This document shows positions 19,386 to 30,386 of a stretch of DNA of 64,000 nt, piece by piece. Position numbers and translations under genes: made by a program. Where the stretch lies: positions 224,001 through 288,000 of the forward strand of contig CAWFAK010000007.1 in NCBI GenBank assembly GCA_963813715.1, written 5' to 3'. Positions within the stretch are counted from its first letter, which is position 1; the number at the start of each line of letters is the position of its first letter. The stretch comes from an uncultured Planctomycetaceae bacterium. GTDB lineage: Bacteria > Planctomycetota > Planctomycetia > Planctomycetales > Planctomycetaceae. The notes beneath the pieces are model-generated. The model had not been told where the DNA came from. It did no database searches and saw nothing but the letters and a program-made list of their open reading frames with translations.

Positions 19386-19859
19386 ATGGGCCACGCGATA
19401 AACGCGATCGTTTTCGGAACGGCCGTGAAGGACGCGATCCTTGCGGAGATTCCGCATGCCAGGGTGACCTCGCTTAGCAAAGGGCTCTTTCTCGTGCCCA
19501 ACACCGATGCGCTGTTTGATGCACTGAGGGAACAATACCCAAACGTTGAGGACGCCAATCGCGAGATTTTTTGGAAGTTGTCAGGTCTGCTCGCGCTCGT
19601 TCTCGAACGCGCGTCGATCCACGGACCAATCGCCTACATAGAAACCGACTATTTCGGAGGCGCAGGTACTCAAGCGGCGGCAGTTTGGCGGGATGGCCGG
19701 GTGCTCATGTCACCCGCGAAAGCGCGGCGCGGACCGATCAACCGAGCTCTTCGACACCTCGGAGTCCGATTCACATGGCCGCGCGACGTCCAGGCAGTCG
19801 GACTTCATCGCTACCGAACGAACGATGATTGGCTTGCAGCCGACGAATCGGATGTTTGA
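19386..19859 (+). CDS. Hypothetical protein
   Basis: 157 aa ORF with a protein-like core IAYIETDYFGGAGTQAAAVW...PINRALRHLGV; function not recognised. Confidence 0.7.
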   Translation: MGHAINAIVFGTAVKDAILAEIPHARVTSLSKGLFLVPNTDALFDALREQYPNVEDANREIFWKLSGLLALVLERASIHGPIAYIETDYFGGAGTQAAAVWRDGRVLMSPAKARRGPINRALRHLGVRFTWPRDVQAVGLHRYRTNDDWLAADESDV

Positions 19860-19866
19860 GCAGCCT

Positions 19867-21087
19867 TCATTTTTGCGGTTCGACAGCGTGGCCGGCGCGT
19901 TTGACGAGCGCGATTTCCACTTCAACCGCCGCCCGGGCCGCGCTTTCGCCTCCCTGGTTGATGCCGATCAAAATCGCCCGGTTCTCGGCCGGGCGGAGCG
20001 AAATGACCGCGTACCACATCGTGTTGCTGCCGGCGTGAGTGAGTCTGACGCCGCGCGACCCGGGTCGCTCGATCACGCCCCACCCCATCGCGTATTTGGC
20101 CCCGCTCTTGTCGATCGGTCCGCCGAACGGTGTGTGCAAGCGGCGGAGCGACTCGGCGGACACCAGCGGCTTCAGCCCTGCATCAACCAGTTCGTGCCGG
20201 TTTGCCGGCTCGGCTGACAGATGCAGCGTGGCAAATCGCGCCCAATCAGCCAGTGTCAGATGGACGCGCCCGGCCGGGCCGAAGCATGGGGGATTATCGG
20301 CATCGGGGCCAGGTTTCACGGCTTCGCCAGTCGGCAAATGGCCCCACGGCTGGTCGATGGGCGGCGAACCCGAATGTTTCTTCGATTCGAGCGAAACTCC
20401 CGGCGGTCCAAAACCCGCATGATCCATTCCCAGCGGCTTGAACACCCGCTCGAGCATGAGGTCTTCCCACGACTCGTCGCCGACGACCTCTGCCATCGCT
20501 CCCGCGATGATGTAGCCGGTATTCGAATACAAGAAATTCGTTCCTGGGTCGTGTAGCGGTGGACTGTGCAAGACCGCGCGGGAGACACGGAACCGTTGTT
20601 CTCGAGGTGATTGCGCCGACACGCTGACGAGCGTTTGCTCGTCCGGATTGGGCCGCACTCCAGCTCGATGCGTCAGAAGTTCTTCGAGGGTGACGCGGTT
20701 CCACGCCGGGTCGATGTCTTTGATGCCCCGTTTCGCAAAGACTTCGACCGGCGTGCTGTTCCAGCGAAGCTTGCCTTCTTCGATCAGGACCGCGATCAAC
20801 GTCGCCGTGATGCTCTTGGTGTCGGAGCCGATGTGGAACAGATCGTCGACCGTCACTTTTTCGGGATGTCCCTGACAGCGCACGCCGGCCGCGCCGAGAG
20901 CCGTGATCTTGCCTCCCTCGACGACGGCCGCCGCCATGCCCGGCAGCTTGTGCTTCTTCACGCTCTCAGCCAAGAGACGCGATAGATCGTCGACGGCCGT
21001 GCCGGCAGGTTCAGCCGCCCGCGCAACAAGCGCGCACGAGTTCGCCAGAATTATGACGAGCACGAACGCGAGCGGACGACAAGGCAT
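19867..21087 (-). CDS. Serine hydrolase (class C beta-lactamase-like), secreted
   Basis: Signal peptide, SDTK (SxxK), LLTHRAG, YSN, HAGS. Confidence 0.9.
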   Translation of the reverse strand: MPCRPLAFVLVIILANSCALVARAAEPAGTAVDDLSRLLAESVKKHKLPGMAAAVVEGGKITALGAAGVRCQGHPEKVTVDDLFHIGSDTKSITATLIAVLIEEGKLRWNSTPVEVFAKRGIKDIDPAWNRVTLEELLTHRAGVRPNPDEQTLVSVSAQSPREQRFRVSRAVLHSPPLHDPGTNFLYSNTGYIIAGAMAEVVGDESWEDLMLERVFKPLGMDHAGFGPPGVSLESKKHSGSPPIDQPWGHLPTGEAVKPGPDADNPPCFGPAGRVHLTLADWARFATLHLSAEPANRHELVDAGLKPLVSAESLRRLHTPFGGPIDKSGAKYAMGWGVIERPGSRGVRLTHAGSNTMWYAVISLRPAENRAILIGINQGGESAARAAVEVEIALVKRAGHAVEPQK

Positions 21088-21203
21088 GCGGAATCGCTCC
21101 CAGCGATGAAGAGACAGGATCATTCGAGACGGGCTAGTGTTGAACCGATCTAAAATGATGGGTGCCATGCACCCAACCTATGAATTCAGGGGGGATCGCA
21201 CAA

Positions 21204-22154
21204 CTAATTGCATTCCGCCACCAGCGGACCAGCCAGTTCCTGCAGAATGAAGAGGCGCCCCGGCTGCGTCGGCATGTAAGTCGACGGAATCCACGGAGTC
21301 GGCTCGTGCCGCAGCGTCATCCACACGCTCAGGCCCTGCCACATCATGCCGCGGCCAAACGTGCCGTCGCAACCGCCGATGATGCGGTCGGCCCCCAGAA
21401 ACAGGGCCGGGCCGATCGTGTTGGCAAAGGCCGGCACGAGCGTGGTGCGGCTCTTGAAACTGGTCAGCGCGTTCTGTTCGACCGTCAGCGGATGCAGCCG
21501 CGCGCCCAACCGATGCGTCTGCCGTTTCCACTCTTCCTCGCTGGCGAACTCGGCCGCGAAGTGCGGCTCCCAAAAGGCGATGTGGCACACGCGACCGATG
21601 CCGAAGATCACGGCCAGCTTCGCCCCCTGCTTCCGCAGCGCGGCGATCTGCTCGGCGTACTCCGGCAGCTGGCTCTTGGTGGCGAAATGGCGTTGGCTCT
21701 TCGGCACCGTGCCCGTTCCGAGCGGCCCGTAGAACGCGGCTTCCATCGCGTGCTCGAACGATCCCGGATGGCTGGCCGGCAGCGAATTGCCGGCGGCGTC
21801 GCTCCATTCGTCCATGTTGAAGCCGTGCACGTGATCACAGGGCACGCCCCACTCAGTGAGGAAATAGATGACCCAGCGATACATGCCCATCGGCCCGACC
21901 GGCAGGATCAGCGCCAGCTTCTCGCCCGCGTCGCGGCTGCGCTTGATGGTGAGCGCAATCTCGTGCCCCATCAGCGTCTCGAAGTCCGCCAGCGACTGGC
22001 AGAGGACCGGCTGGAAATCCTTATGCCAGGCCGGCTGCCGCGCCGTGAGGCGGCCCGGATCGGCATCGACGCAGGCGTCGATTTTTTTCAGGTCCCAGCC
22101 GGTGGGCAAAAAGCCCTCCATCAGCGACCCGGCAATTGTTGAGAGCAAATCCAT
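21204..22154 (-). CDS. Glucosamine-6-phosphate isomerase/deaminase (NagB-like) family protein
   Basis: [24 protein letters not shown]. Confidence 0.8.
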   Translation of the reverse strand: MDLLSTIAGSLMEGFLPTGWDLKKIDACVDADPGRLTARQPAWHKDFQPVLCQSLADFETLMGHEIALTIKRSRDAGEKLALILPVGPMGMYRWVIYFLTEWGVPCDHVHGFNMDEWSDAAGNSLPASHPGSFEHAMEAAFYGPLGTGTVPKSQRHFATKSQLPEYAEQIAALRKQGAKLAVIFGIGRVCHIAFWEPHFAAEFASEEEWKRQTHRLGARLHPLTVEQNALTSFKSRTTLVPAFANTIGPALFLGADRIIGGCDGTFGRGMMWQGLSVWMTLRHEPTPWIPSTYMPTQPGRLFILQELAGPLVAECN

Positions 22155-22176
22155 GTCGGCCTCCGGCGGGGATCAG

Positions 22177-22207
22177 GTCCAAAGTCCAAGGTCCAAAGTC
22201 CAAAGTC
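22177..22207. repeat. Heptamer tandem repeat (GTCCAAR)4
   Basis: gtccaaa gtccaag gtccaaa gtccaaa gtc, just upstream of the NagB-like gene. Confidence 0.85.
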
Positions 22208-22833
22208 TGGGCGGGAATTGCAACGCAGAACCTGACCGCCGTCGCCATGGTGCGAGCCGAACGCGGACTACGAACGGGAAACCGGACGTGACGATTAGTG
22301 CGATTGTCCCGATCGTGCTACGGAGGATGCCTGGCTCGATTAACTCGGAAGCGCGCAGCCGGCGGCCGATGCTTGTCCGTTTGGTGAACCTCGATCGCCG
22401 GGCCGCGTCACAAAGTTGTCCGCGGAACTCGTCGCGCGACCGGATGAGCGCGCGAATCTGGCCGGTTGCGAAAACTCCACGCGTTCTTTCGATTGCGACC
22501 TATAGTTAAGCGTCGCCGACAGGCGGCAGGCTGCAAGTTCGAGGGGTTCCAGCGTTTTCGAGCGGTGGCTCGATCGCGCGAAAGCAGGTGCGGAAATGCC
22601 GACGGTGTACGCGGACTGGACTTCACAAACGGTCGCATGGCGGAGCGAAGGGGGCGAGCTGGAGGCTGCCACCGAGGATGGGTCGGAGAGCGAGGGCATC
22701 TCGGCGCAGGGTTGGAGATCCTGCGGGTGCTCAACGACGTCTTCAATACGCTGCCGCGCGAAGCGGCCACGCGGTCGCAACGATCCAACCAGGACTGACG
22801 GATCGCGTCAACGCGTTCGACAGGAGCGGAATT

Positions 22834-23478
22834 GTGAACGCCAAAGGCACCCGCGTGCTGATCATCGACGATGATCCGCTGATTCGCACGCTGCTGGTCT
22901 CCGCCCTGCGGAAGGATTGCCTGGTCGCAGTTGCCGCCGAAGGCTCCGAGGGTTTTGCCAAAGCGCTCGAGCTGAAACCGGACGTCGCGGTGATTGACGT
23001 CAACATGCCGGGCTGGGACGGCCTCAAGACGCTCGAGGCATTTCGCGCTCACCCGGGTCTGCGCGAGATCAAGATCATCATGCTGACGGCCGACTCCAGC
23101 AAGCAGACGGTGATGGCCGCCGTCCGCGCCGGCGCCAACGATTACCTGATCAAGACGAGCTTTTCCAAGGCCGAGTTTTATCGCAAGCTCAATCAGCTCG
23201 TGCCGGGAACGATCCCGCAGTCAGCCGCCGCACCCTCACCGCGTGCCGCCGCAAGCGAGCCGTCATCGACGCGAGACGACGACGCACCGGACAGCGCGGA
23301 CCTCCGGGAGAGCGCCGATTGCGTGGCCACTTCGAGTAACGTCCACAAGCGGCACGCACACGATGCAGTCGCCGCCGCCGCGGACGCGCCTCACTCCGAG
23401 GCGGCCCTCGATCGCACGACGTCGGGCCACTCGGACATCGACCCGCGTTTGCAGGTGATGATCGACGGCTGGGACTAA
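22834..23478 (+). CDS. Response regulator receiver protein with low-complexity tail
   Basis: LIIDDD, DVNMPGWDG, MLTA, DYLIK; AGGAG RBS before GTG. Confidence 0.88.
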   Translation: MNAKGTRVLIIDDDPLIRTLLVSALRKDCLVAVAAEGSEGFAKALELKPDVAVIDVNMPGWDGLKTLEAFRAHPGLREIKIIMLTADSSKQTVMAAVRAGANDYLIKTSFSKAEFYRKLNQLVPGTIPQSAAAPSPRAAASEPSSTRDDDAPDSADLRESADCVATSSNVHKRHAHDAVAAAADAPHSEAALDRTTSGHSDIDPRLQVMIDGWD

Positions 23479-23949
23479 ATCGCGCCGACCGCGACGATCA
23501 TTCATTTCGCGTGATCGCGATCTCTCCGCATCGATCAACGCGCCTCGCGTTCGGGCGATTGTTTGCGCCGTTGATTATTTGCGCCGGTCGCGTCTGGGCC
23601 AGCGCTTGTCGCGCTGAACTCTGTCTCCGCGCGTCGCGAGGCGGTTCACGGCTTTGTGTGATTTCCTACATCGCGTTTGCCGCACGGTTGACGCGCCGCA
23701 CGCGATCGTTTCTGCTGGGTCTTGGCCCCTGGAAATTTCATCCATTTGGGGCTTTCCACGTTCTGCAAAATGTGCTTACAATCGACAGCGTACTCGGTGA
23801 AGCGACGCACGCTTCGCACACATGCGTTGATGAATCGGGGGACGGGCCGGGCAGCGGTCTCGAGAAGATTTCGGTTCCGCAAACGTCGATCGGCGAATCG
23901 GTGAGGCAGAAAGTCCTGCACTCTCCAACTCGGGAAGGATTCGAATCTC

Positions 23950-24249
23950 ATGTTGCACTTTACGTGCGATCTGTGCGGACGAGAGCTGGGTGACGAGAGG
24001 TTCGTCGTCAAGGTTGAAGTCTATCCCGGCTTCGATCCCGAAGAGGTCGACGAAGAACATCTCGATGCCGATCACCTGCAGGCCATCTCCGAGGCCCTGC
24101 AGGAAGTCGAAGAAACCGGCAAGATGGAACTGGAAGACTGCGGCACGAAAGATTTTCGCTACGACTTGTGCCCCCGCTGCCATAAGAAGTTCCTTAAGGA
24201 TCCGCTCGGCCGCGACGCACTGCGTCGGCTGAACTTCAGCGAGAACTAA
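23950..24249 (+). CDS. Small acidic hypothetical protein with two CxxC pairs (putative zinc ribbon)
   Basis: CDLC near the N-terminus and CPRC near the C-terminus; GAAGGA RBS. Confidence 0.8.
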   Translation: MLHFTCDLCGRELGDERFVVKVEVYPGFDPEEVDEEHLDADHLQAISEALQEVEETGKMELEDCGTKDFRYDLCPRCHKKFLKDPLGRDALRRLNFSEN

Positions 24250-24387
24250 GCGCTCCGCCGAGAGGCCTTTCGCTCGGGCACCATGCCCGAACGGTCAGTC
24301 CTGAGCGCAGGCGAGCCCCGGCTGAGTTTCGGAAATCTCCGGCCCTGTATTCGCAGTCTCCGCCAAGGCACTTGCCGAGACGGCGTC

Positions 24388-24973
24388 ATGATCGCTCGCG
24401 GCCGCCACACCGCTCCTGCCGCCGCCCCATCCGTAGTGGGGCCGCTGCGCCGCCTGCCGATTCGCTTTCCGACCCGGAGCGTTTGGGCGCTCGATTATTC
24501 TGTGCCTGCTCGTCGCGGGTCGGTTTTGGCAGCACTCCGCGCTGCCGTCGGCCAACTTTCGCTTCGAGCCGGGGGTTCCCCGACACGTCGAGCGGGTGAT
24601 CGACGGCGACACCATCGTGGTCGACGGCCACGTGCGAGTGAGGCTGATCGGCGTCGACACTCCCGAGACCCTGCATCCGCAAAAGCCGGTCGAGCCGCTC
24701 GGTCCGGAGGCGACCGCCTTCACGCGGAGCCTTGTCGAGGACCGCAACGTCGAGCTGCAGTTCGACCGCGAGCGCCGCGATCGCTACGGTCGCGTGTTGG
24801 CCTATGTCTACGTCGACGGCCGGCTGCTAAACGAAGAGATCATCCGCGCCGGTTTCTCCCGGGCGGAGACCCGCTACAAATTCGAGCGCGCGATGGCGCT
24901 GCGGTTTCAGGAGGCGGAGAACGAAGCCCGCGAGGCCGGCCGGGGCATCTGGGGTCCGCTCACCGCTCGGTAA
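24388..24973 (+). CDS. Thermonuclease (SNase-like) with N-terminal anchor; probable frameshift near 24490
   Basis: VIDGDT, VRLIGVDTPE, DRYGRVLAYVY, RGIW; start inferred from an upstream frame. Confidence 0.85.
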
Positions 24974-25068
24974 TCTCGCGGCCCGAGGTCCCCGCGGTTT
25001 GTCGGGTCGCGGCCGATTTGGTACTTTCGCCAATCGACGAACGCCACCAGGGACGTGGCGAGCTGTGA

Positions 25069-25437
<369 letters not shown>

Positions 25438-25488
25438 CTCCGCTGTCTACGTCCCTCCCGCCTTTTCCTCCTCGCGCGAGAATTCACG

Positions 25489-26529
25489 ATGTCCGCTCAA
25501 CGGAACACTCTCCGCCGACTGCTCGTTGCCAGCCTGGTTTCCGTCGCGCTGGTCACCGCACTGGTGGCGGCCCGGAACAGCGAAGAACCCTCGTCCGGAC
25601 CACAGATGGCAGCCGCGGCCAACGCGTTCCTGCAAAAGCTTTCGCCCGAGCAGCGAACGCAGGCGACGTTTCGCTACGACGATCCCGAGCGGCTCAACTG
25701 GCACTACATTCCCAAGCCGCGGAAAGGAATTCCGCTCAAGGCCCTCGATCCGTCGTCACGCACCTCGGCACGCGCGTTCATCGCCACGGGCCTGTCGAAG
25801 GCCGGCTACGAGCAGGCCGTCAACGTGATGAGCCTGGACGACGTCTTGTATCTGCTGGAGACCGACGACTGGACGGCCCGCCGCGAGCGTCGCGATCCGC
25901 TCAATTACTATGTCAGCATTTTCGGAACGCCCGGGGAGCGGGGCGAGTGGGGCTGGCGGCTCGAGGGGCATCACCTCTCGCTCAATTTCAGCGTGCGGGA
26001 CGGACGCGTCGTCGCGAGCACACCCGAGTTCTTTGGAGCCAATCCGGCTCAACTCGACGCGGGTCCGGGTCGTACCCTACGCCCGTTAGGTTCGCTGGAG
26101 GACATCGCTCGGGAAATCGTGCGGACGGCCACCCCGGAGCAAATGAAAACCATCCTGATCGACAAGAAAGCTCCCAACGACGTTTGGAGCACCAACAAGC
26201 TGCAACCGGTTCTCACGCCGGAGGTCGGGCTGCCGGCCGCCGAAATGTCGAAGGACCAGCAGGAACTGTTGCGGCACTTGCTCGCCGAGTATCTCAAGGT
26301 GTGCCCGACCGACATTCGCGCAGAGCGCCAGTCGCAGCTCGAAGCGGCGGGCTTCGACAAGATTCGGCTGGCCTGGTGGGGCAGCCTCGAACGCAACGCC
26401 AAGCACGCGTATCGCCTGCAAGGACCGACATTTCTCGTCGAGTACAACAACACGCAGAACAACGCCAATCACGTGCACAGCGTGTGGCGCAGCACGGCCG
26501 GCGATCTCAACCAGGCCCCCGCGAACTGA
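25489..26529 (+). CDS. DUF3500 domain protein, secreted
   Basis: WHYIP..RKG, WGWRLEGHHLSLN, NHVHSVWR. Confidence 0.88.
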   Translation: MSAQRNTLRRLLVASLVSVALVTALVAARNSEEPSSGPQMAAAANAFLQKLSPEQRTQATFRYDDPERLNWHYIPKPRKGIPLKALDPSSRTSARAFIATGLSKAGYEQAVNVMSLDDVLYLLETDDWTARRERRDPLNYYVSIFGTPGERGEWGWRLEGHHLSLNFSVRDGRVVASTPEFFGANPAQLDAGPGRTLRPLGSLEDIAREIVRTATPEQMKTILIDKKAPNDVWSTNKLQPVLTPEVGLPAAEMSKDQQELLRHLLAEYLKVCPTDIRAERQSQLEAAGFDKIRLAWWGSLERNAKHAYRLQGPTFLVEYNNTQNNANHVHSVWRSTAGDLNQAPAN

Positions 26530-26764
26530 TCGCCACTGCTAATGAGCGACGTACTGCCTTCGCGCGCTCTCCTTTGCATGCCCGCGCACGTGGCCGCACT
26601 CGACGATCGCGCAAACATTGTCGAACGACTTTGTCGCACACGCTAACGTTCTTCGACGAGTCGCATACTACGCCTGACGTGCTCTGTGCGCGTCGTGGTT
26701 GATCATCCGCTCGCGGCAAGCGAAATCACGTTTGTTCAGGAATTCGCCACTATGGCGTAATTTC

Positions 26765-26780
26765 GGGCTCGCGATTTGCT
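26765..26780 (+). promoter_or_regulatory. Putative sigma-54 -24/-12 promoter
   Basis: GGGCTCGCGATTTGCT: GG-N10-GC, close to TGGCACG-N4-TTGC. Confidence 0.5.
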
Positions 26781-26899
26781 TCGTACACCACTGCCGGCCG
26801 ACGTGCTCAACTGATCCAAGTTGGATCGGACGAGTTTGACGTAGGGGCGGGCCGGCAGTGAGTGTAGTAACTATTCCTGTTCGACAGGTGGGTGATCCC

Positions 26900-27337
26900 A
26901 TGTCCGAACCAGACGACGTCCAATTACTGATTCAATTGCTCGATCCCCGGCTCGCCAACGACCAAACCGATTTGTATCGGCGCGCCCTCGAGCAGTTTGA
27001 CCGTGTGATCCTCAAACGCGCCTTGGATCGGTGCGAGGGCAACTTGACCCGCGCCGCGGCGCTCTTGGGTCTGTCGCGCGTGACGTTGCGGTCCAAGCTG
27101 CGATCGCTGGGCATTGCCGGCAGGGGGAATTCCGTCGAGGCGGGGACAAACGATCCGAGCCATCCTCATGCAGAACATCCGCCGCAAACTTCGCCTCATT
27201 TTCCGGCGGCGCCCAACAGTCCCAGCGAGGTTGGACAAGAGCTGACCAGGCAGGACCGCCCGGGAGCGGGATTTTCCGAGCCCCGCATGAACGATACGGT
27301 CCGCCGCGAAGCCGCCGGCTTTCACAACCTGAAATAG
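26900..27337 (+). CDS. Stand-alone Fis/NtrC-type helix-turn-helix protein
   Basis: ALDRCEGNLTRAAALLGLSRVTLRSKL; no AAA+ or receiver domain. Confidence 0.85.
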   Translation: MSEPDDVQLLIQLLDPRLANDQTDLYRRALEQFDRVILKRALDRCEGNLTRAAALLGLSRVTLRSKLRSLGIAGRGNSVEAGTNDPSHPHAEHPPQTSPHFPAAPNSPSEVGQELTRQDRPGAGFSEPRMNDTVRREAAGFHNLK

Positions 27338-27379
27338 CCATTCAGGTTGCGTCCCCAGCCGCGCGAGCGCTTGAGCCGC

Positions 27380-27395
27380 TGGAACGGCAGTTGCG
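27380..27395 (+). promoter_or_regulatory. Putative sigma-54 -24/-12 promoter
   Basis: TGGAACG-GCAG-TTGC, one mismatch to consensus, about 55 bp before a GGAGG RBS/ATG. Confidence 0.65.
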
Positions 27396-27447
27396 TCACC
27401 GTAGTGCGTTCTTTCCACGCACCGGTTATTGGGAGGCACCGCCTGCC

Positions 27448-27741
27448 ATGAGACGCAAACATTTCAGCACGTTCGTCTTCGTGCTACTCGTTGGACTGAT
27501 CGTCGCCGTGGGGTTCAGCCGCGGCTGGTTCACGGTCACCAGCAGCGAAGACTCAGCGGCCAACGAAGTTCACGTGAACCTCACGCTCGACCGCGGCAAG
27601 TTCCAGAAGGATGCCGAGCGGGCCGTCGAGGAAACTCGCAACAAGGCGTCGCACCTTTCGAGCGCGACCAAGCCGGGGGATTCGCCGTCGAACGATCGGA
27701 CAGAGACGCAGCCACCCAGCAATGTCCCCGACCATCTGTGA
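27448..27741 (+). CDS. Small membrane-anchored hypothetical protein
   Basis: GGAGG RBS, N-terminal TM, GF.RGWF...V.LTLD..KF..D pattern. Confidence 0.78.
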   Translation: MRRKHFSTFVFVLLVGLIVAVGFSRGWFTVTSSEDSAANEVHVNLTLDRGKFQKDAERAVEETRNKASHLSSATKPGDSPSNDRTETQPPSNVPDHL

Positions 27742-28131
27742 GCAAGCGGGCGGCGCTCCGTCCTTGGGCGAATTTCGGGTCGACTGAAGAAAATCTCGGT
27801 CGACTATGAAAACTTTTCCATTCGAATTGGAAATCCTCCTCATTAGACAAAGAGGTCAAGGACCTGGCTTAGAGAAGTTGGGCGCGGCACGGCCCTCTCG
27901 CAAAGTCTCCGCCGCCCGCAGCGAAAGTTCGTCTCATCCTCGCGGAAACGAACGATTTCAGACGCGTGGCGCGCGAGCCTTTTGTGGAGATGGTCGGCCG
28001 AAGAAACGATACCCGTCACGGTACGCTTGCCAGAAAAACCGGGAACGGCACACAACGCGCATGGAATCAGCTACCACCGATGATCCACGACGGAGAAACC
28101 AGGGACGAACCCCTGCATCGGGAACGACGAC

Positions 28132-29652
28132 ATGAGCGTACGTCAAGGCGATCAAGGACCGGCGGCCTACAAGGCGGAAGAGATGATCTTCCGTCCCTCC
28201 CCGACGACCACGGTCGGCGCGAAGCTCGAGTTGATGCTGCTCGATCCCGATTCGGGCGACTTGGCGCCCGGCGCGATCCGCTTGCTCAAAGCCTGCGCGG
28301 ATGAAGCGATCGACGGCGTCTCCGCCGAGTTGATGCAGTCGATGATCGAGCTGAAGACGGGCGTCTGCCAGAACGTTGCGGAAGTGCGCGAGCAGCTCGT
28401 GCCTCGTTTGCGGAGGGTGCGCAACATCGCCCGCTCGATGGGTTATCAACTGGCGATGTCGGGCACGCATCCGTTTCACCGCCCTTCCAACAGCGCGGTC
28501 TCCCCCTCCGAGCGCTATGACCGCCTGGTCGATCGTCTCGCGTACTTGATCCATCAACGGGTGGTGTTCGGGCTGCACATCCACGTCGGCCTGCCGGACG
28601 GCGACATGGCGCTGGGCGTGATGAATCAACTCGTGCGGTATCTGCCGCACTTGTTGGCGGTCTCGGCCAGTTCCCCCTTCTGGCAAGGGATCGACACGGG
28701 GCTGGCTTCGTGCCGCACGGCGCTTTACCGCACGTTGCCGCATGCCGGCGTCCCCCGCTATTTTCCCCGGTGGAAGAATTTCCGCTCGTATTTTCGCGTG
28801 ATGCGCGAGTGCGGCGCCATTCAGTCGATGAAAGACATCTACTGGGACATTCGCCCGCGCCCCGAGTTCGGCACGATCGAGTTGCGCGTCTGCGACATGC
28901 CCGCGACGCTGGAAACGACGTTCGCCCTGGTGGCGCTCGTCCGCTCGCTGGCGATCGCCAGTCAGCGGCTGCTCGAGGAACGTCCACAATTACGGAAGGG
29001 CGACATCCGCCGGCATTGGATCGCCGTCGAGAACAAATGGCTCGCCACGCGCTACGGGCTGGATGCGATCTATATCCGCACGCCTGCCGGCAAACGTCGC
29101 CCATTGCGGCAGGATCTGCAGGAATTGCTCAGCCGCTTGATGCCCATCGCCGCCGAAACGGGAGACGACGTGTACCTGTCGACTCTGCTGCCGCTCGACA
29201 AATTCGAGTCGAACGCCGACCGGCAGCGTCGCCTATATCGCGAGTCGGGCAAGGCGCGGCCGCTGGTCGACGATATGATCGCACGCTTGGCGTCGGAATT
29301 GGACGAAGTCCCTGCGAACGCGACTGGCTCTTCCGGTGGGGCCAGCAGCGGCGCGAATGGAGCCGCTTTGGCCGATAGCCCGGACGCGAGTCCGTTGGAT
29401 CGACCGCAGGGCATCACCCCGCCCAAACCGGGCGGGCCCAATGTCGACCGAACGAACGTCGATCAGCGACCTGCCGAACGAATCACCATCGATCAGCCCG
29501 CCGCGACGCCTCGCGCGTCGTCCCCTCCGACGGCGGGCACACTCAACCGCTCCGCGGCTCTGGATTTGCCGGGGAGCGTTTTGTTCCGGTCGCCAGCAGC
29601 CAATACGGGGCCCGCGGCGGATCGGCAGCTGGCTTTGGCCGTAAGAGGATAA
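28132..29652 (+). CDS. YbdK/GCS2-family carboxylate-amine ligase with low-complexity C-terminal tail
   Basis: ELMQSMIELKT, SGTHPF, FGLHIHVG, SASSPFWQG.DTG..S.R, WDIRPRP.FGTIELRVCD. Confidence 0.9.
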   Translation: MSVRQGDQGPAAYKAEEMIFRPSPTTTVGAKLELMLLDPDSGDLAPGAIRLLKACADEAIDGVSAELMQSMIELKTGVCQNVAEVREQLVPRLRRVRNIARSMGYQLAMSGTHPFHRPSNSAVSPSERYDRLVDRLAYLIHQRVVFGLHIHVGLPDGDMALGVMNQLVRYLPHLLAVSASSPFWQGIDTGLASCRTALYRTLPHAGVPRYFPRWKNFRSYFRVMRECGAIQSMKDIYWDIRPRPEFGTIELRVCDMPATLETTFALVALVRSLAIASQRLLEERPQLRKGDIRRHWIAVENKWLATRYGLDAIYIRTPAGKRRPLRQDLQELLSRLMPIAAETGDDVYLSTLLPLDKFESNADRQRRLYRESGKARPLVDDMIARLASELDEVPANATGSSGGASSGANGAALADSPDASPLDRPQGITPPKPGGPNVDRTNVDQRPAERITIDQPAATPRASSPPTAGTLNRSAALDLPGSVLFRSPAANTGPAADRQLALAVRG

Positions 29653-29655
29653 ACG

Positions 29656-30336
29656 ATGCCTGCGATTGAACCGTTTGCGGTTTTCGACTGCACACTGGCC
29701 CGCCTGCCGATCGGGCGCAGTTGTTCGAACATGCGCGAGCTGCTCGAGGCCATCCGGGCCGTTCCGGACATGGTGATCGAGCATCACATGACCCGGTGTG
29801 CTCTGGAAGATCACTTCGATCTCTACGAGTTCCCCAACGACCTGGCCCGCTGGTGCTGGGACATGCTGGCCGACCACGTGCTGGCCGAGAAGCTGGGGCT
29901 CGTCGATCCGTTCTCGCACCCGTCGATCGATTCGTTGCGGGCCGAACTGGTGAACCTGGTCGAGGAGCGGGTGTGGGAGCTCGATCGCATGCCGACCTGC
30001 CAGCCCGGGCTCGAACTGCATTTCGTCGGCTCGCGGCTCATTGCCTACGACACGGGCGAGCGGCTGCCGACGCCGGCGTCGCTGTTTGAGACGTTGCCGC
30101 GGCTATCGCTGCGGTCGTTCTTCTATCACGTGCACAACGCGCGGCGCCGCACCGGCGGCCGCACCGACGATTTTTCGAACTGGCTCGAAGCTTACGGAGC
30201 CGATCCGGCACTTGTCGCTCGGCTGCGGGGCATCGACGTCTATTTTCTCAACCTCAACCAGCTTCGGGACCAGATGGTGGAGGCGTTTCAGGAGCACACG
30301 CCCAACGCGGAGGTCATGCTCAAGGCGTCCGCCTGA
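29656..30336 (+). CDS. DUF5752-like protein (two internal repeats)
   Basis: Duplicated H...(N/D)D(L/F)..W...L..+L...D...LR pattern; position upstream of a TreT-like gene. Confidence 0.7.
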   Translation: MPAIEPFAVFDCTLARLPIGRSCSNMRELLEAIRAVPDMVIEHHMTRCALEDHFDLYEFPNDLARWCWDMLADHVLAEKLGLVDPFSHPSIDSLRAELVNLVEERVWELDRMPTCQPGLELHFVGSRLIAYDTGERLPTPASLFETLPRLSLRSFFYHVHNARRRTGGRTDDFSNWLEAYGADPALVARLRGIDVYFLNLNQLRDQMVEAFQEHTPNAEVMLKASA

Positions 30337-30386
30337 TGCCAGGCGGGAAGCACCGGCCGACAACAACCTGATGGACTGCGGGAACC

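Noticed and set aside
22596..22798. Possible small frameshifted gene upstream of the response regulator (MPTVYADW... / ...LEILRVLNDVFNTL)
   Set aside because: Needs an assumed indel and has no recognisable motif; cannot be supported
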